A stretch of DNA of 64,000 nt from Thermodesulfobacteriota bacterium (GCA_965223335.1 OZ244991.1:1312001-1376000), one strand, 5' to 3'. Positions 18,747-27,639 are shown, counted from the first letter of the stretch. Program-made: numbers and translations. The notes: generated by a model not told the origin, from the sequence alone.

Positions 18747-19631
18747 TCACACTACTATGTGCCACCCCTTTATCGAGTGTGCATAAAACACATCGAATGT
18801 GGGGCTGGTACGTAGGTAATCGTAGAGCTCTCGGGCTTCATTCTCATCTCTAAACACGGCGTATACCGCACTGCCGCTGCCGGTCATCAAAATGTTCGCG
18901 GCCCCAAGCGAGGTTAGAATATTTTTGAACGATTCTATCTCGGGATACTTTGTGATCGCAGGGGTTTCCAAGTCGTTGCGAAGGGGTAATTTACCGGTAT
19001 CTCGGCTGAATCCTTCTATTGTTTTATTTAGCTCCGGTGGAGGGTCTATAGTTCTATTACAGGTGGCGTGATCGGTGTCCCATGCGTCGTATATATCTTT
19101 GGTCGATACGTTTAAACGCGGGCACAACACTACGTAGTGCAGATTAGGAAACTCCCTTATGAGAGTGATCTTCTCACCAATTCCCTCGGCCAATGCGGTA
19201 TGGGAACGGATAAAGAAGGCTACATCGGCGCCAATTGTTGAAGATAGCTCAAACAGCGCGTCTTCGTCTAGTTTGTTTGTGAGCTTGTTTAGCCCGACCA
19301 GTACACAGGCAGCGTTGCTGCTCCCGCCCCCGAGACCAGATCCCATAGGGATTTTTTTGTTGAGTTTGATTTTGACACCTCTATCTATGCGTGCCTTGTT
19401 CCTATAAAGGTTTGCCGCTACTCTAGCGAGGTTTGACTCGTCCACCGGAACACTAAGACCCGATGATTCTATTGAGAGGGATGTGTCATCTGAGAGCTCT
19501 ATTGAGAGCTCATCATAGATGCTTATGGGCTGCATAATTGTGCGTAGCGTGTGGTAACCGCTAGGAAGCCTCGAGAGGATTTCTAGGTATAGATTTATCT
19601 TTGCCGGTGAGAGGAGTTTAATGCTGTCCAT
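18747..19631 (-). CDS. ispE: 4-diphosphocytidyl-2-C-methyl-D-erythritol kinase
   Basis: SPAKINLYL, KKIPMGSGLGGGSSNAA, GADVAFF, NDLE, MTGSGSAV; start moved to ATG 19631. Confidence 0.96.
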   Translation of the reverse strand: MDSIKLLSPAKINLYLEILSRLPSGYHTLRTIMQPISIYDELSIELSDDTSLSIESSGLSVPVDESNLARVAANLYRNKARIDRGVKIKLNKKIPMGSGLGGGSSNAACVLVGLNKLTNKLDEDALFELSSTIGADVAFFIRSHTALAEGIGEKITLIREFPNLHYVVLCPRLNVSTKDIYDAWDTDHATCNRTIDPPPELNKTIEGFSRDTGKLPLRNDLETPAITKYPEIESFKNILTSLGAANILMTGSGSAVYAVFRDENEARELYDYLRTSPTFDVFYAHSIKGWHIVV

Positions 19632-19809
19632 AGGGTGTCTAAATACAATACGCGATTTAAGGCCTATGTGAAAATGGTAAAGATAGAGAAATATGTAGAG
19701 CTCGAATCCTTTTGTGAGAGCTCGGTAAGCGTCAAGCACTATAAAATTGAAACTGGGAAGATTGCCCCGAGTATGATATCAAACCGGATTGTGTCCGGCG
19801 TATTAGTTG

Positions 19810-20427
19810 TCAGTCACAACCTGGAGATGTCCTGTTGGCATCGAAAACGCCTGCATCTCCCGGTGCAAGGTGGTTAACAGTACACCTTATAACGGCATCG
19901 GCGTAAACGGCAAAGTCCTTTCTTCCTGTCTTTAGGTAACTCAGCATAGATGCCTCCCACCCGAAATCACCGAATAGTGTAGTTTGATCGGTACCCAGGC
20001 TCTGGGTCCAGCTTATGCAGTAACCTGCTTTAGCATCGAGGCATATGGCTTGTGCAGCCGGGTTACCATCGTTTAGCACAGCGTTTTCAAATGTGTCGTC
20101 TATGAGGGAATCTTCTTCTACACAGCCCGGAGTGTTTTGGCCTGCATCAGCGGATGGACATCTTAGGCTTCCGCCTGTACCGAGATCTCCTATTCTGCTG
20201 GTGTAGTCAAAGAAACCGTCGTTATCGAGGTCCTGCTCAAAATACTCGGTCTCTGCATCACGCAGTACCTGCATTGCTTTACGTGCATTGGTTTCGTTTG
20301 CCGAGATTCTGGCTTTGGTAAGGATAGGTATTGCTATGGCCAATAATATACCAATAAGCAATGCTACTATGAGCATCTCTATAAGTGTAAAGCCGTGTTC
20401 GTTTGTTTTTGCCCTTTGCTTGATCAT
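19810..20427 (-). CDS. Type IV pilin-like protein with prepilin peptidase site
   Basis: Basic leader, then G|FTLIEMLIVALLIGILLAIAIP (class III signal, Glu at +5); ATG 20427 follows a purine-rich RBS. Confidence 0.88.
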   Translation of the reverse strand: MIKQRAKTNEHGFTLIEMLIVALLIGILLAIAIPILTKARISANETNARKAMQVLRDAETEYFEQDLDNDGFFDYTSRIGDLGTGGSLRCPSADAGQNTPGCVEEDSLIDDTFENAVLNDGNPAAQAICLDAKAGYCISWTQSLGTDQTTLFGDFGWEASMLSYLKTGRKDFAVYADAVIRCTVNHLAPGDAGVFDANRTSPGCD

Positions 20428-20604
20428 ATCTTTCCTCTCTCCACAAAATATAATCTTTACATTTAATTCAATTATCTCATCATATAGAAAAAATATCAAT
20501 TAGACTAAAGTCTAGTTCTAAAGATTAACAAAAGTATTAAATGATAAGCAATGATAAGCTGTAAGCTCTTCGATTATTAGATGATGTGAATTTATTGTTT
20601 TGGA

Positions 20605-21330
20605 TTATTCTTGAGAGAAATTGATAGTAAACTCTAATCCCCTAATCCTGCCTGTGGAGTCAATCAGTCTCTCGTTAGATCGGTTAATGGTAAAAATCAA
20701 TCTAAGGACCAGTTCTTCGTAATTATTACTGTTGGTGGGTTTTTTGAGTTTATATATATAGTTGTATATGTCGTTTTGCTCCCGGACGGTGGATTCGAAA
20801 GGTTTGCCCAGTGTGTTTAGTACATTAATCTTTGTAGGGATCTCGTATCCATCCTTCCCGGTGAAGTTTGAAGAGGCTTTTTTTCTTAGTTTGCTAACAT
20901 TGGCGTTACCCATAGACTCAAACATCTTCTTAAGCAGTGGGATGGACAGGTTTTCCAAAAAACGTTCGGGGAAGCTAATTTCAACCAGCTTTTGGTTTTG
21001 GATGAGCATTGTTACCGGAATGTCATAGTTCTCATTTTCTTCTTTTGTGTCTTGATACTGTTTTTCTAATACATACTGCCACAGTGTTCCGTCCGCTACC
21101 TGTTTAGTGGAGTTGGGTTCATTTTTCATTAACCACTCTATATCGTCTGATTGTAGTACGGGGTTTAGGAATATTAATGTAAGCCCGCGCTTGTCGGAAA
21201 TCTCAAAATTACCGCCGAAATCGTTTAGCTGATTTTTCACCTTAAGGAGCCTCACAAACACACAGCTTGTGACTGATAGGATTACTATTGTCATTACAAT
21301 CGGAATGATTCGTAACTTGCGAGCTCTCAT
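20605..21330 (-). CDS. Hypothetical lipoprotein
   Basis: Signal peptide ending VTSC (lipobox-like); AT-rich 241-aa ORF. Confidence 0.7.
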   Translation of the reverse strand: MRARKLRIIPIVMTIVILSVTSCVFVRLLKVKNQLNDFGGNFEISDKRGLTLIFLNPVLQSDDIEWLMKNEPNSTKQVADGTLWQYVLEKQYQDTKEENENYDIPVTMLIQNQKLVEISFPERFLENLSIPLLKKMFESMGNANVSKLRKKASSNFTGKDGYEIPTKINVLNTLGKPFESTVREQNDIYNYIYKLKKPTNSNNYEELVLRLIFTINRSNERLIDSTGRIRGLEFTINFSQE

Positions 21331-21419
21331 ATCGGGTATTGTTTGCTAATTATATTATAGTAATCCAAAGCTGCAATCTATCATAACGGATTACTTTTCG
21401 GATAATTATAGCTGATACC

Positions 21420-21457
21420 AAAACGGCGGTACTTCTAGCACTAGAAGTACCGCCGTT
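21420..21457 (-). terminator. Strong hairpin, probable intrinsic terminator (minus strand)
   Basis: Perfect 17-bp inverted repeat 21422-21438 / 21441-21457, ending in TTTT on the minus strand. Confidence 0.75.
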
Positions 21458-21505
21458 CTCTTAAAGGAGGATGGAGGATGATATTAAGTAAGGCGATTAA
21501 ATTTG
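21420..21505 (-). ncRNA. Candidate small RNA with tandem anti-Shine-Dalgarno motifs
   Basis: TTGACT-N17-TAGTTT upstream, body containing CAUCCUC-CAUCCUC-CUUU, then the 17-bp hairpin. Confidence 0.5.
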
Positions 21506-21511
21506 TATATA

Positions 21512-21540
21512 AAACTAAAGTATTATACTTTAAAAGTCAA
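21512..21540 (-). promoter_or_regulatory. Putative sigma70 promoter for the candidate sRNA
   Basis: TTGACT (21540-21535), 17-nt spacer, TAGTTT (21517-21512). Confidence 0.5.
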
Positions 21541-21646
21541 GGCAAATTTTTAAGCATATAACTTTTTCTATTGATCCCAGGGGGATACAAGTTTGGATTA
21601 GGCCTGTATAATATTGCCTGATCCCAGCGTGACTGTTTTTGCAGGT

Positions 21647-22228
21647 TTAAGGTTTCCAGGCTGAGTAGTTAATATTGTGTATTCTTTCCATAGACAAACT
21701 TACTGATTCTGATAGCTTCATACCGTATTCGGCTATCCATTCCGGGGGTGCGGTGGAATAGAAATACTCAAGAGTCATCCACTTGCCGCTCGAAACAATT
21801 CCGCCGTCTACGACCTCGACCAAAAATGCTGTCATGTCCCCGCCGTCCATCACATTTAATACCCTGCACTCTGCGAACGAATGAACATCGTCGAGCACGG
21901 GGCTACCGGTGATGCCGGTGCTGTATGTAATCTCCACAAACTTATCTCTGTTGCGGCCGGTGTAAAAACCAAAGTTTTTTACAAGGGGAATCTGGTCTTC
22001 TCTTAAAAGATGGACGGTAAAAGCCTTGCTGTTGATAATAAACTCGTGCGTGTAGTTACCCTTCCAAATGCCTACGAGCAGCCGAGGTATCTCGTGCACG
22101 ATAGAGGATGTTACCACTGTGACAGCAATCTGACCGTTTACCTTGCCGTCCCAAGCGCTTGTGATGGCAACGACCGGCGAGAGCGTCCAAAACGCTCCGG
22201 CTACTGATGATCCTTCTAGCAGACTCAT
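21647..22228 (-). CDS. Flavin reductase-like (flavoredoxin family) protein
   Basis: VAITS...NGQ, FGFYTGRNRDKF, TGSPVL, ECRV...GD pattern. Confidence 0.82.
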   Translation of the reverse strand: MSLLEGSSVAGAFWTLSPVVAITSAWDGKVNGQIAVTVVTSSIVHEIPRLLVGIWKGNYTHEFIINSKAFTVHLLREDQIPLVKNFGFYTGRNRDKFVEITYSTGITGSPVLDDVHSFAECRVLNVMDGGDMTAFLVEVVDGGIVSSGKWMTLEYFYSTAPPEWIAEYGMKLSESVSLSMERIHNINYSAWKP

Positions 22229-22272
22229 TTCAAGGTGTCCTAATCAATTAAGTCGATCGGGTTTGATTTTGT

Positions 22273-23055
22273 TTACCAGCGGAACCCGATTACGACCTGT
22301 TGTCCCAATAGGGGTGCGATATTTACTTTGTCTGTTTCCGGCACAATGATCTTCATGGGATTCACTATATAGCTCATACCTCTTAAAAACCCGCTGTTGC
22401 TGTTGCCGAGTATGTTGGATGTTTCTTCGAGCAGCATCCCTACGGGAACCCCTATGCCAGGTGTAATGATGAGATCCTGGACCGATGGGGATTGTATAAC
22501 ACCCTCGATTGTGTACTCAAAGAGCGTGCTTTGTACCACGGAGCCTAGTGTGGAGCTGAGCCTGTCGTAGCCCCTTGCCCTATAGTAAAGGTATACGGAA
22601 GCCCCAAACGCAGGGTGTGCGACCCAGTTGGTCTTTATACTATCCCCGTCCTTCCATTCGAAATCTCCCCTTTTTCGGTTCTTATTCTGGAATCCCAGTG
22701 TGTTTTTCCACCACCTTATGGGGTTGATGAGGTACTGCTTTTCTTTGTTGGTTATATCTAGCATATTTACCTGGACTATTCTAAATAGCCATACGGTGAA
22801 ATACACATTGCGGGATTCACGTAGGAAATCGGTAAAATCTGCGATGGATTTTGTGTTAGATAATTTATTAAATTTCAACTCGGGAATTTCGGTGCTGTGT
22901 GAGTCGATATATGTGGATCCGTATGCCGGGGCTAAGACCAAAGGGGTGTCTTCATCGAAGAGCTGGTCTGCATTTGATCCATAAAATGGTACTAAAATCA
23001 ATAGTAATAATAAAGGGATGGGTAAAATTAAAGGTTTTTCTAATAATCGTTTCAT
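22273..23055 (-). CDS. Exported protein, DUF3943-like
   Basis: Signal peptide; W.DGD...TN..AHP..G..Y..RARG, S.LFEY.IE, PS.QDLI.TP..G motifs. Confidence 0.7.
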   Translation of the reverse strand: MKRLLEKPLILPIPLLLLLILVPFYGSNADQLFDEDTPLVLAPAYGSTYIDSHSTEIPELKFNKLSNTKSIADFTDFLRESRNVYFTVWLFRIVQVNMLDITNKEKQYLINPIRWWKNTLGFQNKNRKRGDFEWKDGDSIKTNWVAHPAFGASVYLYYRARGYDRLSSTLGSVVQSTLFEYTIEGVIQSPSVQDLIITPGIGVPVGMLLEETSNILGNSNSGFLRGMSYIVNPMKIIVPETDKVNIAPLLGQQVVIGFRW

Positions 23056-23243
23056 ACTATACCTAATACTATAACATTATTGTCTGGCAATTTGTATGAG
23101 TATTATGAATTACCGAATAACTGTAATTGTTTCTGCATATTATGACGAATTTAAGCTCAATATGGTTGAAAAATCTCTTGACTTAATCTTCAAAATAATG
23201 TAATTATCTGTTGAGTACATCATTCGTGATTAGGAGGCAACAT

Positions 23244-23960
23244 ATGAGAAGGGCGAGTATGTCCTTGTTTGCTTTGCTGGGGATGTTTGCATTATTTTCA
23301 GTGTTGGTAGTTGGTTGTGGCTCGAATGTAGATAAAGAGATGGCAGATGCCGAAGCGGCTCTCGAATCCGCTCGAGAGGCCGGTGCCGAGGGCACTCCTG
23401 AGTACCAAGCCGCCGAAGAACTCATACAAAAAGCTAGGGATATGCTGGCAGCAGGAAACAAAGAGGCTGCCCGCCAATTACTCGAAGAGGCCAGGTTTAA
23501 GGCCATAGAGGCTAAAGGTAAGGCCCAGAGTGAGGCCTATGTTGAGTCCATTGACATAGAGGCCGAGGAACAGATGCTCTCCTCTTTATCCCCAAGCGGC
23601 TCTAATTACGGTCTGGTAGATATATTTTTCAACTACGATAAATCAAATGTTACACCTGATTCAAGGCCTGTTTTAGATGAGAATGCCAGGATAATCAGGG
23701 GCAATTCCGACAAGTTCCAAGTTGTTGTTATAGAGGGATATTGTGATACACGAGGGACAGAGGAGTATAATCTGGCTTTGGGGCAGCGCAGGGCGGAATC
23801 CACAAAATCATATTTAGTGGGAATCGGAGTACCCCCGTCGATGGTTCAGGCTGTGAGCCGCGGGGAAACAGACCAGTTTGCGGTCGGCACCTCAGAATAC
23901 GATTATGGGCAGAATCGCAGGTCGCACTTTGTACCTGCATTAAGTTCTCCGAGCTTTTAG
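23244..23960 (+). CDS. pal: Pal/OmpA-family peptidoglycan-binding lipoprotein with N-terminal helical (DUF4398-like) domain
   Basis: Lipobox VVGC; IFFNYDKS, IEGYCDTRGTEEYNLALGQRRA, NRR; directly upstream of cpoB; AGGAGG before ATG 23244. Confidence 0.82.
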   Translation: MRRASMSLFALLGMFALFSVLVVGCGSNVDKEMADAEAALESAREAGAEGTPEYQAAEELIQKARDMLAAGNKEAARQLLEEARFKAIEAKGKAQSEAYVESIDIEAEEQMLSSLSPSGSNYGLVDIFFNYDKSNVTPDSRPVLDENARIIRGNSDKFQVVVIEGYCDTRGTEEYNLALGQRRAESTKSYLVGIGVPPSMVQAVSRGETDQFAVGTSEYDYGQNRRSHFVPALSSPSF

Positions 23961-23970
23961 GTTATAATCT

Positions 23971-24711
23971 ATGAAGTTAAACGTATTAATAATATTTTGT
24001 ATGGGGTTAATTTTGATGTCTATGGGTTGTGTTGCCACACAAGATGATATGAGCGGCCTGTATGCCCGTCAAACTAGGCTAGAGGCTAAGACGGAACGGC
24101 TCTCAAAAGAGGTCCAGGCCCTTAAAAGAACCGAATCCACAGGCGGCACAAGCGATATAGAGCTTAGGGAAAAGATATTCCTTATGGAAGAGCAGATTGA
24201 AAAACTAAAGAGGTCAAATTCAAGGCTCGAGGCCAGGGTAAACAGCCTGAGCACAGGCGGTAGCGATGTGTCGTCGGGAGGCAGTCTTGGTGTAGAGGGT
24301 AAACCCGATGTCGAGGTAGACACGCGGGAAACCGAAGAATTAATGTTCGATGAAGGCTATACTTATCTGAGTGACGGCAAATATGAAGAGGCTAGGGAAC
24401 AGTTTAAAATGTTTATGCACAAGTACCCCAAGTCCCCAAAAGCCACCGACGCGCTTTACTGGACGGCAGACTCTTATTACAGGGAGGGTGAGTACGAAGA
24501 GTCGATACTGGAGTATCAGAGATTCATAGACACCTATCCAAGCGATAAAAGAGTGCCGCTTTCCTATTTGAAACAAGGTTTATCTTTGATTAATATAGGT
24601 AGGAACGAAGAGGCAAAGTTATTTCTGCAAACGTTGATAGACAAGTATCCTCAGTCTGAGGAAGCAAAAACAGCGAAAGAAAAGATTAGCAAACTTGCAG
24701 TAACGCGTTAA
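23971..24711 (+). CDS. cpoB: Tol-Pal associated CpoB/YbgF (coiled coil + TPR)
   Basis: Lipobox-like SMGC, coiled coil, TPRs (ALYWTADSYY, YLKQGLSL, YPQSEEA). Confidence 0.88.
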   Translation: MKLNVLIIFCMGLILMSMGCVATQDDMSGLYARQTRLEAKTERLSKEVQALKRTESTGGTSDIELREKIFLMEEQIEKLKRSNSRLEARVNSLSTGGSDVSSGGSLGVEGKPDVEVDTRETEELMFDEGYTYLSDGKYEEAREQFKMFMHKYPKSPKATDALYWTADSYYREGEYEESILEYQRFIDTYPSDKRVPLSYLKQGLSLINIGRNEEAKLFLQTLIDKYPQSEEAKTAKEKISKLAVTR

Positions 24712-24760
24712 ACGTATTATTATTAGGTACTCAAAAAACACTTAAAGGAGGTGCAGTAGA

Positions 24761-25528
24761 ATGAAAAGGGATAGACAAATGATCTTTTTGGGTATCCCCT
24801 TGTTGCTCGTTGGATTGCTATATCTAGCAAGCTGCGCAACACCACCACCTACTCAAGAGCTTGCTGCTGCCGAATCGGCTGCGGCTGAAGCTCAGGCTGC
24901 TTGCGAGCAGTGTAAGGAAAGAGTGTGTGGGGATGATCCCGCCAGAGGCGATTATTGCGGAGCTCCTTGTGGCGAAGAAGAACTTGCAGCTGCAGCAGCA
25001 GCTCTTTCCAGAGGTAAAGCATTGGCTGGGGAATTCTGCAGTGAGCTCGAAGCTCGCAGAATGTTGATCGATGCAAAAGCTAAAGCTGATGAAGCTAAGT
25101 TAAAATGCTCTGAGCCCCCGCCACCGCCACCACCGCCACCGGCACCTGAAGCAGAATTAAAAGACATATTCTTTGATTTTGATAAGTCTAACATCAGGCC
25201 GGATGCAGCAGCAGTGCTAGATGAGAATGCCGGGGTTCTACAAGCGGATCCTAATCTTTCTGTTCTCATTGAGGGTTATGCAGACATCAGAGGTACACCT
25301 GCATACAACCTAAGACTCGCACAGCGCAGAGCTGATTCTACAAAAGCCTATCTATCACAGGCAGGCGTAGACCCAGCTAGGATTACCACTGCTAGCGGAG
25401 GAGAAACAACTCAGTTTGCGGCCGGAACGACTGAAGAAGCTTACCAGCTAAACAGGAGAGCTCACTTCATCGTAACATCACCGCAGGCTAAAGTGGGTGC
25501 AAGGTTAATCTTCACAAGAGCTAACTAA
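24761..25528 (+). CDS. Second OmpA/Pal-family lipoprotein with Cys-rich insert and poly-Pro linker
   Basis: Lipobox LASC; IFFDFDKS, EGYADIRG..AYN..LAQRRA, NRR; strong RBS AAAGGAGGTG. Confidence 0.88.
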   Translation: MKRDRQMIFLGIPLLLVGLLYLASCATPPPTQELAAAESAAAEAQAACEQCKERVCGDDPARGDYCGAPCGEEELAAAAAALSRGKALAGEFCSELEARRMLIDAKAKADEAKLKCSEPPPPPPPPPAPEAELKDIFFDFDKSNIRPDAAAVLDENAGVLQADPNLSVLIEGYADIRGTPAYNLRLAQRRADSTKAYLSQAGVDPARITTASGGETTQFAAGTTEEAYQLNRRAHFIVTSPQAKVGARLIFTRAN

Positions 25529-25592
25529 GCACGCGCTTAACCTAATCACGAATATTCTCTCTTCTGTGGAAACATAGAAGATTGAAAAAATT

Positions 25593-25630
25593 AAGGGGAG
25601 GAACCCTAACGGGTTTCTTCCCTTTTTTTT
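25593..25630 (+). terminator. Intrinsic terminator
   Basis: AAGGGGAGGAACCC-TAAC-GGGTTTCTTCCCTT followed by a T-run. Confidence 0.85.
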
Positions 25631-25736
25631 GTATGCGTTTTGTAAACCTTTATGCCTGGGTCATGTTGCTTGACAGTTATCTGCTATGCGTGTTTACTAA
25701 TGCCTTAATTCCCCATTATTAATTTCATCTTACTCC

Positions 25737-27026
25737 ATGGATTTAAAAACAACTACATCCAAGCGTCTTTACAAGTCTGCCACACAGTATCTGCCGGGTG
25801 GTGTAAACAGCCCCGTGCGCTCTTTTAATGCTGTGGGTGGGGCGCCGCTCTTTATATCCAAAGCTAAGGGTGCGTACCTCTATGATGAGGATGGAAACAG
25901 GTTTATAGACTACATGTCGTCTTGGGGCCCGTTGATTTTGGGTCATGCTCATCCGGACCTGGTCAAAGCCGTTCGCGACGCAGCTACGCGTGGGACCAGT
26001 TACGGGGCGCCCTGCCGCGGGGAGATCGAGCTTGCAAAGCTGATAGTAAAGTCTTTTCCCTCAATAGATATGGTAAGAATGACAAGTTCGGGTACAGAGG
26101 CCACAATGAGTGCAGTAAGGCTTGCGCGGGCTTATACAAAAAGGGATTTGATAGTGAAATTTGAGGGTTGTTACCACGGGCATGCCGATTTCCTATTGGT
26201 ACAGGCCGGCTCGGGCGCAACTACTTTCGGTCATCCCAGCAGCCCCGGGGTGCCTAAATCGTTTACAGACAAAACTGTACTTGCCAAATACAATGATATA
26301 GCGTCGGTCGAAAGACTGTTTAAGAAACACAGGTCCAAGATCGCTGCCATAATACTGGAACCGGTAGCAGGTAACATGGGTGTGGTTCCGCCCGAAAAGG
26401 GGTTTTTGCAGAAGCTTCGTAAGATTGCTAAGCAAAACGGGGCGCTGCTTGTTTTCGATGAAGTAATAACGGGTTTTAGGCTCGGTCCCGGTGGGGCGCA
26501 GAAGAAATACGGTGTGACCCCCGATCTCACATGCCTGGGCAAGATAATCGGGGGAGGGCTCCCGGTGGGGGCTTTCGGCGGCAGGAAAAAGATAATGGAG
26601 ATGGTTGCTCCCATAGGACCAATGTATCAGGCAGGGACACTCTCGGGAAACCCGCTTGCGATGGCTGCGGGCTTGGCCACTTTAACCAAACTGCTAAAAA
26701 GAGGTACGTATCAAAAACTGAATTCTACATGCGAAAGCCTTGTAGATGGCATTAATGATATAGTCGCTAAGATTGGGATAGAGGTAAAAATTAACAGAGT
26801 GGATTCTATGTTTACGCTCTTTTTTACCGATACCGATGTTGTTGATTATAAGACGGCTCTTAGCTGTGATACAAAAAAATATTCCAGATTCTTTGAAAAA
26901 ATGCTAAGTGCTGGTATTATGTTTCCGCCTTCGCAGTTCGAGGCTGTTTTTGTATCTCTTGCACACACGGAGAGAGACATTAACAAGACTCTAGATGCGG
27001 TGAATAAATCTCTTAGGAATTTATAA
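25737..27026 (+). CDS. hemL: Glutamate-1-semialdehyde 2,1-aminomutase
   Basis: PGGVNSPVRSF, SGTEATMSA, KFEGCYHGH, FDEVITGFR, GKIIGGGLP, YQAGTLSGNP. Confidence 0.97.
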   Translation: MDLKTTTSKRLYKSATQYLPGGVNSPVRSFNAVGGAPLFISKAKGAYLYDEDGNRFIDYMSSWGPLILGHAHPDLVKAVRDAATRGTSYGAPCRGEIELAKLIVKSFPSIDMVRMTSSGTEATMSAVRLARAYTKRDLIVKFEGCYHGHADFLLVQAGSGATTFGHPSSPGVPKSFTDKTVLAKYNDIASVERLFKKHRSKIAAIILEPVAGNMGVVPPEKGFLQKLRKIAKQNGALLVFDEVITGFRLGPGGAQKKYGVTPDLTCLGKIIGGGLPVGAFGGRKKIMEMVAPIGPMYQAGTLSGNPLAMAAGLATLTKLLKRGTYQKLNSTCESLVDGINDIVAKIGIEVKINRVDSMFTLFFTDTDVVDYKTALSCDTKKYSRFFEKMLSAGIMFPPSQFEAVFVSLAHTERDINKTLDAVNKSLRNL

Positions 27027-27080
27027 AAAATCACACAGGGGCAAAACAATAGTAACAATCGGAAACGAGTAACATGGTTT

Positions 27081-27281
27081 GTGTATGTAGTTGTGGGCTT
27101 TGAGCTCGCGTTCTCGGTTATATCGGGGATAGTGGTGGGACATTATTTGGATAAATACTTCGAGACCGAGGCCCCTTGGTTTACAATAGCCGGATTAATA
27201 CTGGGGGCGTTTGCGGGATTTAGTTTTTTAATAAGGATGGTAAAAAGGTTAGATAGTGGAAAGGGCAGAAAGACTGATTAA
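27081..27281 (+). CDS. atpZ: AtpZ/AtpI-family small membrane protein (start uncertain; frame open back to 27027)
   Basis: Two TMs with G.YLDKYF.T.PW..I.G...G motif; first gene of the F0 cluster. Confidence 0.8.
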   Translation: MYVVVGFELAFSVISGIVVGHYLDKYFETEAPWFTIAGLILGAFAGFSFLIRMVKRLDSGKGRKTD

Positions 27282-27639
27282 AATACCGGCCTTTGGGAAC
27301 GTAGAAAAGTATTCACTTGTGGTAATTGGTCTATTGGTTGTGGTCAATTATCTGTTGGGATACTCGGAGATGGCAATGGGAGTTGCGGCAGGGGGACTGT
27401 TGTTTGTTGCCAATTTCATAGCAATAAGGTTTATTGTTAACGCCCTTGTGGCAAATTCATACCCCACAGGTTTTGGAATCTTTGCATTTATCTTGAAGAT
27501 GGTTGTATTTATAGGAATTATAGCAGGCTTATTTTTATTCTCTAAATTAAACATTTATGGCTTTTTCATAGGGGTATCGGCAGTTGTAATAGTTATCATA
27601 GGAGAGGGTTTAAAAGGTAATAAAGATGGAACATTTTAG
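27256..27639 (+). CDS. atpI: ATP synthase protein I
   Basis: Four-TM protein between atpZ and atpB. Confidence 0.78.
   Translation: MERAERLIKIPAFGNVEKYSLVVIGLLVVVNYLLGYSEMAMGVAAGGLLFVANFIAIRFIVNALVANSYPTGFGIFAFILKMVVFIGIIAGLFLFSKLNIYGFFIGVSAVVIVIIGEGLKGNKDGTF

Noticed and set aside
23127..23152. dif-like sequence (…GCATA TTATGACGAAT)
   Set aside because: Several mismatches to the XerD arm and no recognisable XerC arm.
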